Assembly (NCBI GenBank): GCA_036399775.1
Contig: DASWMJ010000096.1
Coordinates: 69,665 to 133,664, forward strand
Length of the DNA: 64,000 bases
From: Chloroflexia bacterium
Lineage (GTDB): Bacteria > Chloroflexota > Chloroflexia > QHBQ01 > JADMIH01
Direction: 5' to 3'
Under the pieces are notes generated by a model that had not been told where the DNA came from, made no database searches, and saw only the letters and a list, made by a program, of their open reading frames with translations. Position numbers and translations under genes: made by a program. Shown here in pieces: positions 49,103 to 58,699 of this stretch (positions within the stretch are counted from its first letter, which is position 1; each line of letters starts with the position of its first letter).

Positions 49103-50425
49103 ATGACAACCCCGGATACTTTTCCTCCCGACTTTGCCTGGGGCGCTGCCACGGCGGCTTACCAGATCGAGGGCGCGTTCAACGAGGACGGCAGGGGAGA
49201 GTCGATATGGGACCGCTTCAGCCATACGCCGGGTAAGGTGAAGAACGGCGATACCGGCGACGTGGCATGCGACCATTACCACCGCTACCGCGAAGACATA
49301 GCCTTGATGAAGCAGATCGGCCTCAAGGCATATCGCTTTTCGACTTCCTGGCCCAGGGTCCTCCCAAACGGGCGGGGTCCCGCCAATCGCTTAGGGCTGG
49401 ATTTCTATGATAGGCTAGTGGACCAATTGCTGGAGGCGAATATCCAGCCATTCCTGACCCTGTACCACTGGGACCTGCCCCAGGCGCTGCAAGACAAGGG
49501 CGGGTGGGCCAACCGCGACACCTGCGGCTATTTCGCCGATTACGCCACGCTCATGGCCCGGCGTTTCGGCGATCGTGTGAACTACTGGACTACCTTCAAT
49601 GAGCCGTGGGTTGTTGCGTGGGTCGGCAATTACCAGGGTGAGCACGCTCCAGGCTTCACCGATATAAAGCTGGCGATGCACGCAACTCACCATCTGCTGG
49701 TCGCGCACGGGCTGGCAACGCAAGCGATCCGCACGATAGCCCCACAGGTCAACTTTGGTATCGTGCTCGATTTCGCGCCCCCGGAGCCTGCCGAAGAGAC
49801 CGAGGACAACCATGCCGCCGCAGAGTCAATCTGGCAGCGAGGTGGCGCGCTCTTCTTAGACCCACTTTTCCGGGGGCACTATCCGCCCACCGTCCAGCCG
49901 TTTGTCGAAGAATGCGAGGTGCCCGTGCAACCGGGCGACCACGCTCTCATCGCGCAACCTCTCGACTATGTCGGCGTCAACTTCTACCGGCGCATAGTGT
50001 TTGACGAGCAAGGCAACCCGGCCCGCGTTCCGGGCGCTGAGTATACCGAAATGGACTGGGAAGTCCACGCACCCGCTTTCAAGCGCCTGCTGCTTCGCCT
50101 GTCCAGCGAGTACCGCCTACCGCCCATCTACATTACCGAGAACGGGGCTGCGTTCGCGGATGAAGTCGGCAGGGATGGAGAGGTCCATGATGAGCGCCGC
50201 CTGAATTATATCCGGGAGCATCTTGGTGCCGTGCATGAAGCCATGTCGGAAGGCGCGGACGTACGCGGCTATTTTGCCTGGTCGCTGCTCGATAACTTTG
50301 AATGGGCAGAGGGCTATTCCAAGCGCTTCGGCCTCGTCTACGTTGACTACCCGACGCAAAAGCGCATCATCAAGGACAGCGGGAAATGGTACGCGCAGGT
50401 CATCGCGCAAAACCGGCTATTTTAG
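49103..50425 (+). CDS. GH1 beta-glucosidase
   Basis: FAWGAATAAYQIEGA N-terminal signature, TFNEPW acid/base and ITENGAAF nucleophile motifs, 440 aa. Confidence 0.9.
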   Translation: MTTPDTFPPDFAWGAATAAYQIEGAFNEDGRGESIWDRFSHTPGKVKNGDTGDVACDHYHRYREDIALMKQIGLKAYRFSTSWPRVLPNGRGPANRLGLDFYDRLVDQLLEANIQPFLTLYHWDLPQALQDKGGWANRDTCGYFADYATLMARRFGDRVNYWTTFNEPWVVAWVGNYQGEHAPGFTDIKLAMHATHHLLVAHGLATQAIRTIAPQVNFGIVLDFAPPEPAEETEDNHAAAESIWQRGGALFLDPLFRGHYPPTVQPFVEECEVPVQPGDHALIAQPLDYVGVNFYRRIVFDEQGNPARVPGAEYTEMDWEVHAPAFKRLLLRLSSEYRLPPIYITENGAAFADEVGRDGEVHDERRLNYIREHLGAVHEAMSEGADVRGYFAWSLLDNFEWAEGYSKRFGLVYVDYPTQKRIIKDSGKWYAQVIAQNRLF

Positions 50426-50478
50426 ATTGAATAGTTGGCTCCGAAATCTAAAATCTAAAATCACTTTGAGGTAATCTG

Positions 50479-51549
50479 ATGGACAGTCGGGGCCAACGGC
50501 GCGACCTGCTGGTAGGAGTGGACGTAGGCGGGACCAAGGTCGCCGTGCTGGTGGTTGACGGCGGCTACAACGTGCTCAGCCAGATCATGCTACCGACCGT
50601 CCTAGGCAGTTCCCAGGCCACGCTAACCTCCATCACAGGGGCTGTGCAGCAAGGCGTCGAGCAGGCGGGAGCAAGTCTGGATTGCGTAGCGGCGGTGGGC
50701 CTCGGCGTTCCGGGGAGAGTAGACACCGCAACGGGGCTTGTACGCCGCGCCGTGAACCTGGGTTGGGAAGAGCTGCCCTTCGGCCAACTCCTCTCGGCTC
50801 AGCTTGGCGTGCCATGCGTGCTCGAAAACGATGTGACGCTGGCTGCTATAGGCGCACAGCATTATATGGGCATAAGCGAAGCGAGGGGTGCCAGCCGCAA
50901 TATGGCCTATGTAAGCGTGGGCACGGGTATCGCCGCAGGGCTTGTGCTCGATGGCCGCACCTATCGAGGCGCGCACGGTATGGCAGGTGAGATCGGCCAC
51001 ATGATAATCGCCCCCGGTGGGCCTCGCTGCCAGTGTGGCGCGCACGGCTGCCTGGAAGCGGTAGCGGCAGGCCCCGCGATTGCGCGCCTGGGAGAGGAAG
51101 CTGCTTTGTCCCCCGGCGATACGCTGTTGCGCCTGTACAGGCCCGTAACCGCCGAGGCCGTGTACCAGGCAGCGAGAGATGGGGACGCTGCCGCTACTAC
51201 CATCATCCGCAAGGTAAGTGGGCACCTCGCGCTGGCTCTTCAGCAGCTTATCGTAGCCTACGACGTGGAATGCATCGTATTTGGCGGCGGTGTCTCGCGT
51301 GAGGGAGATACGTTCCTTCAGCCCATACTTGCAGAGCTAGCGCACCTGCGTGAGCAATCCGTACTGACCGGCGAGATGCTGCAACCGGACATGATTCGCG
51401 TCTTGCCGTCCGACTACGATGCGGGCGCATGGGGAGCGGTGCTGCTGGCGGCTGAAAGTACAGCACGCATCTCTCCAAAGTATAGACATGTTACCCTCCC
51501 CGACGGGGTTACAGGGGGTGCCCCCGGTAAATTCTCAGAGACGGGGTAA
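50479..51549 (+). CDS. ROK family sugar kinase (no HTH; glucokinase/GlcNAc kinase-like)
   Basis: DVGGTKV ATP motif and CQCGAHGCLE zinc motif. Lacks an N-terminal DNA-binding domain. Confidence 0.75.
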   Translation: MDSRGQRRDLLVGVDVGGTKVAVLVVDGGYNVLSQIMLPTVLGSSQATLTSITGAVQQGVEQAGASLDCVAAVGLGVPGRVDTATGLVRRAVNLGWEELPFGQLLSAQLGVPCVLENDVTLAAIGAQHYMGISEARGASRNMAYVSVGTGIAAGLVLDGRTYRGAHGMAGEIGHMIIAPGGPRCQCGAHGCLEAVAAGPAIARLGEEAALSPGDTLLRLYRPVTAEAVYQAARDGDAAATTIIRKVSGHLALALQQLIVAYDVECIVFGGGVSREGDTFLQPILAELAHLREQSVLTGEMLQPDMIRVLPSDYDAGAWGAVLLAAESTARISPKYRHVTLPDGVTGGAPGKFSETG

Positions 51550-51558
51550 AGCCAACGG

Positions 51559-51648
51559 TAGGGGCGACCCGGTGGGGCGCCCAGGGGGGGGTGGCGGATC
51601 ATGCGTGCCGGCGACCTCAGACAGGGCGACCCACCGGGTCGCCCCTAC
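51559..51648. repeat. GTAGGGGCGACCC...GGGTCGCCCCTAC palindromic MITE-like element
   Basis: Lies between the ROK kinase gene and nagZ. Same 25-bp terminal inverted repeats. Confidence 0.6.
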
Positions 51649-51692
51649 CGGAAACATATTCTTCTTCCTTCAATCTATAAATAGGAGAAATA

Positions 51693-53297
51693 ATGGGTAA
51701 TTCCGCATTCCGCATTCCGCATTCCGCAATTACTCTTGAGCAAGCCGTCGGCCAGAAGTTGCTGGCGGCCTTCCAGGGTTACCATGTACCCGACGGGTTG
51801 GTGGATTTGCTGAAGCATACGCAGATCGGCGGGGTAACTCTGTTCCGCTCGTTGAACGTGCAGAACCCCGCACAAGTACGCGACCTGACTAACGCTTTGC
51901 AAACAGCAGCGGCGACAGCCGGGCAGCCTCCACTTCTGATTTGCGCGGACCAGGAGGGCGGCCAGTTGTTGGCTATGGCAGGCACTACCCCTTTCCCTGG
52001 CAACATGGCGCTGGGGGCTACGCGCTCGCCGGAGCTTGCCCACCGCACCGGATTCGCGATTGGGCGGGAGCTTGCGGCTATGGGAATAAATGTCAATTAT
52101 GCGCCGGTGTGCGATGTGAACGTCAACCCGCAAAACCCGGTAATAGGTACCCGTTCTTTCGGTGAAGACCCTGCCGAGGTGGGGCGGCTTGGCGCGGCAA
52201 TGATCGAGGGGCTGCAAGCGGCGGGCGTGGCAGCAACGGCCAAGCACTTCCCCGGACATGGAGACACGGCCACCGACTCGCACTACGCCACGCCCGTGCT
52301 ACCCTTCGATGAAGAGCGTTTGCGCCGGGTCGAACTACCCCCGTTCAGCAGCGCGATTGAGGCGGGCGTCAAGCTGATGATGACCGCGCATATAGCCCTG
52401 CCGGGCCTCACCGGGGGCCTCGAAGTGCCTGCCACCCTTTCTCCCGCGATCATGAGGAAGCTTTTGCGAGACGATCTTGGCTTTCGTGGGGTAGTGGTTA
52501 GCGACGCGATGGATATGGGTGCCATCGAAAGGGGGCTGGGCCTCGCGATAGACTGTATAGCTGCATCGGCGGCAGGGGTTGACTTGCTGTTGCTCGCCGA
52601 CTGTGGCGAGGGCTTCCAGGCCGTGTACTCTGCCGTGCTACAAGCAGCCAGGAGAGGTCTACTTGAACCCGGCGAAATGATGGCATCGGCCCACAGAGTG
52701 CTAGAGCTGAAGGCATGGCTCAACAAGCACGAACAACCAGGATTAGAAGTAGTAAACTGCGAAGAGCATCGCGCCCTGGCCTACGAGATAGCCGCCCAAT
52801 CGGTTACCCTGCTGCGCGATACGCAGGGGTGCTTACCTTTGAGTCTCCCAGCTGAAGCACGGATAGCCCTGGTCCTGCCTCGCCCATCGGATCTCACGCC
52901 CGCCGACACTTCTTCATACGATAAGCCGGTGTTGGCAGAGATGCTGCGCCGGTACCATCCCGCCGTAGACCAAATAGATGTGCCCACCAACCCCGGTTCG
53001 TCCGATATTGGCGCGGTGTTGCAACAGGTAAAGGACTACGACCTCGTAATAGTGGGTACCATCAACGCCTTCCAGCACGAAGGGCAGGCCGCCCTGGTCA
53101 ATATGCTGCTGGAGGCAGGCAGCAAGTTAATAGCGGTGGCCCTCCGTATGCCTTATGACCTGTCGGCCTATCCGGGCGCGCCCACATATATTTGCACCTA
53201 TAACCTTCAGCCGCCGTCTATGGAAGCCCTGGCCGACGCTTTGTGGGGGCGGATTCCTTTCGTGGGGCGATCACCCGTTATGGTGGCGGGTGCCTGA
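51693..53297 (+). CDS. nagZ: GH3 family beta-N-acetylhexosaminidase (NagZ-like)
   Basis: AGGAG RBS. GH3 N-domain motifs (KHFPGHGDTATDSH, DQEGG). The first residues (NSAFRIPHSA) are encoded by a (CGCATTC)n heptamer repeat. Confidence 0.8.
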   Translation: MGNSAFRIPHSAITLEQAVGQKLLAAFQGYHVPDGLVDLLKHTQIGGVTLFRSLNVQNPAQVRDLTNALQTAAATAGQPPLLICADQEGGQLLAMAGTTPFPGNMALGATRSPELAHRTGFAIGRELAAMGINVNYAPVCDVNVNPQNPVIGTRSFGEDPAEVGRLGAAMIEGLQAAGVAATAKHFPGHGDTATDSHYATPVLPFDEERLRRVELPPFSSAIEAGVKLMMTAHIALPGLTGGLEVPATLSPAIMRKLLRDDLGFRGVVVSDAMDMGAIERGLGLAIDCIAASAAGVDLLLLADCGEGFQAVYSAVLQAARRGLLEPGEMMASAHRVLELKAWLNKHEQPGLEVVNCEEHRALAYEIAAQSVTLLRDTQGCLPLSLPAEARIALVLPRPSDLTPADTSSYDKPVLAEMLRRYHPAVDQIDVPTNPGSSDIGAVLQQVKDYDLVIVGTINAFQHEGQAALVNMLLEAGSKLIAVALRMPYDLSAYPGAPTYICTYNLQPPSMEALADALWGRIPFVGRSPVMVAGA

Positions 53298-53309
53298 GGT
53301 AGAGCACTG

Positions 53310-54467
53310 ATGCTCTATATCGAGCCTGCGGCCATTGTAACACCCGAAGGCTTGCTGGAAGATCGCGCGGTGCTTGTGGATGGCGAGCGCATCGTTGCCG
53401 TTGACTATGCCTCCCGGCTGCCATGTCCGGCGGGGGCGCGCAAACGGGAAGCGGCGGGCCTATCGCTGGCTCCCGGCTTTATCGACCTTCAGATAAATGG
53501 GGCCTTCGGTAGCGATTTCACCAACGAGCCGGGCGCTATCTGGCAAGCAGCCGCCCTACTGCCCAGGTATGGCGTCACGTCATTTCTGCCGACGATTATT
53601 AGCTCGCCGCGTGAGAGGGTGGAGATAGCCCAGGCTGTCATATGTGAGGGCCAGCCTCCAGGCTTCAGGGGTGCAACTCCGCTTGGGCTTCACCTTGAAG
53701 GGCCATTCCTCAACCCGGCAAAGCGCGGCGCGCACAACCCGGCGCACCTACGCCTGCCCGATACGGCGGAGGCTCAAGGCTGGACCCCGGATAGAGGTAT
53801 CCGTTTTGTAACGCTGGCTCCTGAGCTACCCGGCGCACTTGGGATGATCGAAATGCTGGCAGCGCGAGGCATAGTAGTCAGCGAGGGCCATTCCCTGGCT
53901 AATTATGAGGAGGGCATCGCCGGTATCAATGCGGGCATCAGATATGGCACCCACCTGTTCAACGCTATGCCCGTACTGGACCACCGGGAACCGGGGCTGG
54001 TGGGTGCGCTGCTTGGCGATGGCCGGGTAACTGTTGGGCTTATAGCCGACGGCATCCACCTGCACCCCAGCATGGTAGCGCTGGCCTGGAAAGCTAAAGG
54101 CCCCTCTCGGTTAAGCCTGGTGACGGATGCAATGGCGGCACTCGGCATGTCAGATGGCATCTATAAACTGGCGGACCAGGACGTGATTGTAGCGGGTGAG
54201 GCGGCCCGCCTGGCAGACGGCAGGTTGGCGGGAAGCGTGCTGACCCTGGACCAGGCTGTGCGCAACCTGATCAGTTTTGCAGGTTGTAGTCCATGCGATG
54301 CCATCTCCACCGTAACTACCGTACCTGCATCGCTACTTGGAATGGCGGACTCGCGAAGCCAGATCGCCCCAGGCTCCCGCGCCGACATGGTATTGCTGGA
54401 CGGCGGTCTGCGCGTTGTGGAGACGCTGGTCGCCGGAGAGGTCGTTTATTCAACACGGGCCGATTAA
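53310..54467 (+). CDS. nagA: N-acetylglucosamine-6-phosphate deacetylase
   Basis: GFIDLQINGAFG metal-binding motif and amidohydrolase fold signatures, 385 aa. Confidence 0.85.
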   Translation: MLYIEPAAIVTPEGLLEDRAVLVDGERIVAVDYASRLPCPAGARKREAAGLSLAPGFIDLQINGAFGSDFTNEPGAIWQAAALLPRYGVTSFLPTIISSPRERVEIAQAVICEGQPPGFRGATPLGLHLEGPFLNPAKRGAHNPAHLRLPDTAEAQGWTPDRGIRFVTLAPELPGALGMIEMLAARGIVVSEGHSLANYEEGIAGINAGIRYGTHLFNAMPVLDHREPGLVGALLGDGRVTVGLIADGIHLHPSMVALAWKAKGPSRLSLVTDAMAALGMSDGIYKLADQDVIVAGEAARLADGRLAGSVLTLDQAVRNLISFAGCSPCDAISTVTTVPASLLGMADSRSQIAPGSRADMVLLDGGLRVVETLVAGEVVYSTRAD

Positions 54468-54512
54468 GAAGTAGGCAGGCTGAGCAAGGCAGAAACAGGG
54501 AAAGGAGAAGGC

Positions 54513-55553
54513 GTGGCACTCAGAGACGAGATATTAGAGCAGCCGGGTGTCTTGCGTGGCTGGATAGAGACGCAGATGCAAACGGCGTCCGGTATAGCCG
54601 AGGCTATCCTTTCGCGCGACGTGCAATACATCTTCCTGGCGGCGAGGGGTAGCTCAGACCACGCAGGAGTGTACGCGCAGTACCTTTTTAGCGCGCGGAA
54701 TCGCCTGGCGGTAGCCCTGGCAACGCCGTCGCTGTTTACGATGTACCCTCAGTCGCCCCGGCTGCACAACTCGCTCGTGATCGGCATATCGCAGTCCGGC
54801 CAGTCTCCCGATATAGTGAGTGTTATCGCCGAAGGAAGACGACAGGGCGCTATTACCCTGGCTATCACCAACGACTCTGACTCTCCGTTGGCGCGGGCCG
54901 CCGAGCTTACCCTGGGGTTACACACAGGGCCGGAGAAAGCCGTGGCCGCCACCAAGACTTACACCGCACAGCTGTTGGCGCTGGGTGCGCTCTCTGTTGC
55001 CCTGGCGGGAAACAAAGAAGCTGACTTGGCTGACCTGGCCGGGGTGCCTGACGCAGTACAATCGGCGCTGGAACTGGAGCCGGAAGCCGAGCGAATCGCC
55101 GGAAGACACGCTTTAATGGATCACTGTGTGGTGCTGGGGCGCGGTTACAACTATGCCACGGCCCAGGAATGGGCGTTGAAGCTCAAGGAGCTTGCATACG
55201 TATTTACGGATGTTTACTCTACGGCAGATTTCCGGCACGGGCCGATAGCGATAGTCGAGCCGGGTTTCCCGGTGCTGGCCGTAGCTCCGCAAGGGGCGGT
55301 CCTGGCGGACCAGTTAGCCTTATTCTCAAGGCTGCGCGACGACTACAAGGCTAAACTGGTAATCATCTCGGACAGCGACCAGGCGCTGTCCCTGGGGGCT
55401 GAGAAGTTACGCCTGCCACCTGGGCTGTCCGAGTGGCTGACCCCAATCGTTAGCATCGTCCCGGCCCAGTTGTTCTGCTACCATCTCACCCGCGCTAAGG
55501 GTTACGATACCGAGAACCCTCGCATGCTGCACAAGATAACTCTGACCGAATAG
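54513..55553 (+). CDS. SIS-domain sugar isomerase, GlmS-like glucosamine-6-phosphate deaminase (NagB-II/AgaS type)
   Basis: Two SIS domains (GISQSGQSPD, second SIS with SDSD). GTG start after an AAAGGAGA RBS. Position after nagA. Confidence 0.7.
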   Translation: MALRDEILEQPGVLRGWIETQMQTASGIAEAILSRDVQYIFLAARGSSDHAGVYAQYLFSARNRLAVALATPSLFTMYPQSPRLHNSLVIGISQSGQSPDIVSVIAEGRRQGAITLAITNDSDSPLARAAELTLGLHTGPEKAVAATKTYTAQLLALGALSVALAGNKEADLADLAGVPDAVQSALELEPEAERIAGRHALMDHCVVLGRGYNYATAQEWALKLKELAYVFTDVYSTADFRHGPIAIVEPGFPVLAVAPQGAVLADQLALFSRLRDDYKAKLVIISDSDQALSLGAEKLRLPPGLSEWLTPIVSIVPAQLFCYHLTRAKGYDTENPRMLHKITLTE

Positions 55554-55624
55554 CTGCTTCAGCTTCGTTCTGTGCCTGGGTAGCTTGGTCACAACTAACA
55601 GTCGGCAGTTCTTAGCGGGCTGTA

Positions 55625-55653
55625 TTGCAAAAATCATAGACATTTAGTAGAGT
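55625..55653 (+). promoter_or_regulatory. putative sigma70 promoter for the MBL-hydrolase pair
   Basis: TTGCAA (55625-55630), 17-nt spacer, TAGAGT (55648-55653), about 110 bp upstream of the first MBL gene. Confidence 0.4.
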
Positions 55654-55766
55654 GAAACTTGACGCAGAGGCGGCATAAGTGCGAAACTCTACAACGCATT
55701 CAGCAAACAGGAAACCCTTAGCGTCCATTGGCTCGGTCACAATTTGAACACGAGAGGAGGAGTAAT

Positions 55767-57287
55767 ATGCCAGAGTTCGCTTGTATTAACTACGACCTGG
55801 TAGGAATTTATCGTACCCCTGAACGTGAGGGGTATGCTGGAACGCTTGCCTGGGGAGATACGGTCGAGGTACTGGAAAAAACGAATACATACTTGAAGGT
55901 ACCATACTATTTGCGCAACAAGGATGGGAGCCTGCAATCTGAGCCTTCTCCCTGCTACATTATCCCCAGGAAGGTTACGCCTGATGAAATCATCGTTGCT
56001 CCCGAAGAGAATAAGGTCTTGCGTATGGACTTCGTTGATGTGCAACAGGGTGATGGCTCCATCGTCCAGACCCCAAAAGGGAAGACGATAATCATCGACG
56101 GGGGGATGGGCAACCTCTTCGCACGTTATCTTGCCGCCAGATACCGGGGTAGCTCCAAAGACAATCCCCAGCAGTTCGACTGCATCGTTGTGACGCACGG
56201 GGACGCGGATCACTTCGCCGGCCTCACAGCCATCCATGCAACGGAGAAGAATGACTCAAAGAGTAAGCGCCTATTCATGTATCCGAGACGTGTTTATCAC
56301 AATGGCCTTGTCAAGCGCCCTGGCAAAATGAACGGGCAGGACCTTACTCCCAAAGAGATGTTTGGGGCCACCGTACCCATAGGCAATCGAACCATCATCA
56401 CCGATCTAGTGGACGATCTCACGCAGACGCCGGATACGGTGATGAACGAGCCATTTCGCGCCTGGAAAAAGGCGCTCTCCAGTTACCGGCAACGCTATGA
56501 AGGTCCGTTCGGACCTATGGATATTCGGAGGCTGGCCTACGGAGACGATGATGCCTTCAGCTTCCTCTCAGATGAGGGGATAAAGGTGGAGGTCCTTGGC
56601 CCTATACCTTATGAGAAAGATGGCATATATGGGTTACCTTTTTTGGGTGCGCCCTCGCGAAACCCACGCCTCGAAGATGAGTCTTTGGACCTATCGGACG
56701 AAGTCTTCAAGGGTACGGACGATTCGCATACTATCAACGGCCACTCGGTGCTCCTGAGGCTGACGTACGGAAACGTAAGATTACTGTACACGGGTGACAT
56801 GAACAACCAGAGCGAAAGGACCCTGGTCAGGCAGCATAAAGAGAAGCTCAGCGCAGAAGTTATGAAAGTGCCTCACCACGGTTCGCATGATTTCTCTGCT
56901 GCTTTTCTCAGGGCGGTTTCACCGCTGGTATCCGTGGTCTCTTCGGGTGACGAGAATGAAAGAGTCGAATATATACACCCTCGGGCCAATCTGATGGGAG
57001 CGCTTGGTCGATACTCAAGGGTCTCCGAACCGCTGGTGTTCGTAACAGAACTGGTCGCCTTCTTCAAGTATGAGGGCTATGCAAGACCCGTATCCGACGC
57101 TGATGCACAGGAGCGAGGTAGCTTTATTGCATTCAGCAGGTCGGCTTGGGGGATCGTTCGCGTACGGACTGACGGACATCGTCTCTTTGTTTACACGGAC
57201 AGCGGTAAGCGAGGGCAGTTTGAAACCTATGCCTACACAATAGAGGATGGAGCAGTACCCCAGGCGACCAAGGTGCGAGCAACGTGA
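55767..57287 (+). CDS. ComEC-type MBL-fold metallo-hydrolase with an N-terminal SH3-like domain
   Basis: GAGAGGAGGAG RBS. Motifs VVTHGDADHFAGL (HxHxDH) and LxLTYGNVRLLYTGD...KVPHHGSHD, typical of the ComEC/Rec2 beta-lactamase-like nuclease domain. N-terminal approximately 70 aa (CINYDLVGIYRTPEREGYAGTLAWGDTVEVLEKTNTYLKV) resemble bacterial SH3. GC about 50% versus 62% flanking. Confidence 0.7.
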   Translation: MPEFACINYDLVGIYRTPEREGYAGTLAWGDTVEVLEKTNTYLKVPYYLRNKDGSLQSEPSPCYIIPRKVTPDEIIVAPEENKVLRMDFVDVQQGDGSIVQTPKGKTIIIDGGMGNLFARYLAARYRGSSKDNPQQFDCIVVTHGDADHFAGLTAIHATEKNDSKSKRLFMYPRRVYHNGLVKRPGKMNGQDLTPKEMFGATVPIGNRTIITDLVDDLTQTPDTVMNEPFRAWKKALSSYRQRYEGPFGPMDIRRLAYGDDDAFSFLSDEGIKVEVLGPIPYEKDGIYGLPFLGAPSRNPRLEDESLDLSDEVFKGTDDSHTINGHSVLLRLTYGNVRLLYTGDMNNQSERTLVRQHKEKLSAEVMKVPHHGSHDFSAAFLRAVSPLVSVVSSGDENERVEYIHPRANLMGALGRYSRVSEPLVFVTELVAFFKYEGYARPVSDADAQERGSFIAFSRSAWGIVRVRTDGHRLFVYTDSGKRGQFETYAYTIEDGAVPQATKVRAT

Positions 57288-57311
57288 GTTACGGAGCGTA
57301 AGGTGGACACT

Positions 57312-58634
57312 ATGCAACCACAAGCAACGCTAGTGGTCAAGGTCAGGATGTACCGTCAGGGGTTCGGAGACTGCTTCTTGCTCTCATTCCTGAGGGGCGG
57401 CCAAACCTTCAATATGCTCATCGACTGCGGAGTGCTCGAGAATACCGAGAAAAAGGCGGCTATAATGCGGTTGGTAGCCCAAGACATCAAGGTGGTAACT
57501 GCCAATCGTATCGACCTCCTTGTAGCTACGCATCGGCACTGGGACCACGTGTCGGGGTTTCTTCAAGCGCGAAGGGTGTTCGGGAGTATGGAAGTGGGGC
57601 GAATATGGATGCCCTGGACGGAAAATCCGATCGATCAGCAAGCCGCCAGGATGTGGAAACGTAGTCGTGCTAACCTACTGCTAACGCGGAAGTTGATTAC
57701 CAAGAGCGAATCGAAAGAAGCGCAGGTGCCTTCAGTTCATCAGGGTGGGAAGACGGAGAAAATGGAGGACCTACGTGCTGGGATTGACTCTATCCTAAGC
57801 TTCTCCATGGACACTCATCCTGATGCAGGATCTACGCGCGAGGTGGTTCGCAACGACCCGAGGCAAGCACTAGCCTATGTTTCGACGCTCGGGCAAGCGC
57901 CTTTGTGGTATCTTGAGCCAGACGTATCCACAGAGGCTGCGCCGCTCACCCTTCCGGGCCTGGAGGGTGTTCGCATCTACGTGCTTGGACCCCCGAGAGA
58001 TATGATGCTGCTTAGCCACGACTATCCGAACCAGTGGGACGCGGAAGATACTATCTATGGCCTCTCCGATCTAATGAAGGACAGTGAGGATAATAAGCTC
58101 AGACGGGCGTTCAGGCGTGCTCTGTCGCTCGACTCGGTTGTGAACAACACCAGCCTGGCTTTGGCGATTGAGTTAACTGAAAGTGGCAAGGTGCTGCTCT
58201 TCCCAGCGGACGCTCAGATAGGCAATTGGGAGTCCTGGAGCAACCTATCGTGGAGGGTGCGAGCCGCAGATGGCTCTTCATGGGTGGTGCGCATCGAGGA
58301 TCTATTGAGTCGTACTGTGCTCTATAAAGTAAGTCATCATGGTAGTCACAATGGGACGTTGCGCCGACGCGGGCTAGAGCTGATGAACCACACGGATCTG
58401 GTCGCTATGGTCCCTGTAGACTTGGAGACCGCCGCTGAGCGGCTTTGGTGGCGAATACCCGAGGCTCAGCTGATGAATAGTCTGAAAGTACATACACGGG
58501 GGCGTGTTATCCGATCCGACACAGGGTTGCCTGACCGAGATGACCTCAAGAGGCTGTCATCGCAAGAAACAGCAGCATTTATAGCTGCGACTCGACAGCA
58601 AGATATGTGGGTCGAACTTACAATACATGAATAG
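57312..58634 (+). CDS. ComEC-type MBL-fold metallo-hydrolase, second paralogous copy
   Basis: AAGGTGGA RBS. VATHRHWDHVSG (HxHxDH), LALAIELTESGKVLLFPADA and KVSHHGSHNG motifs. Same architecture as the upstream gene but diverged, 441 aa. Confidence 0.7.
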   Translation: MQPQATLVVKVRMYRQGFGDCFLLSFLRGGQTFNMLIDCGVLENTEKKAAIMRLVAQDIKVVTANRIDLLVATHRHWDHVSGFLQARRVFGSMEVGRIWMPWTENPIDQQAARMWKRSRANLLLTRKLITKSESKEAQVPSVHQGGKTEKMEDLRAGIDSILSFSMDTHPDAGSTREVVRNDPRQALAYVSTLGQAPLWYLEPDVSTEAAPLTLPGLEGVRIYVLGPPRDMMLLSHDYPNQWDAEDTIYGLSDLMKDSEDNKLRRAFRRALSLDSVVNNTSLALAIELTESGKVLLFPADAQIGNWESWSNLSWRVRAADGSSWVVRIEDLLSRTVLYKVSHHGSHNGTLRRRGLELMNHTDLVAMVPVDLETAAERLWWRIPEAQLMNSLKVHTRGRVIRSDTGLPDRDDLKRLSSQETAAFIAATRQQDMWVELTIHE

Positions 58635-58663
58635 AAATGTTAATTGTACTGTGGGTTAAAGCC

Positions 58664-58692
58664 TTGACATGCGAGCAAATGTCTGCTACACT
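58664..58692 (+). promoter_or_regulatory. sigma70 promoter of the T-box leader
   Basis: TTGACA (58664-58669), 17-nt spacer, TACACT (58687-58692). Confidence 0.7.
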
Positions 58693-58699
58693 GGGCGAA

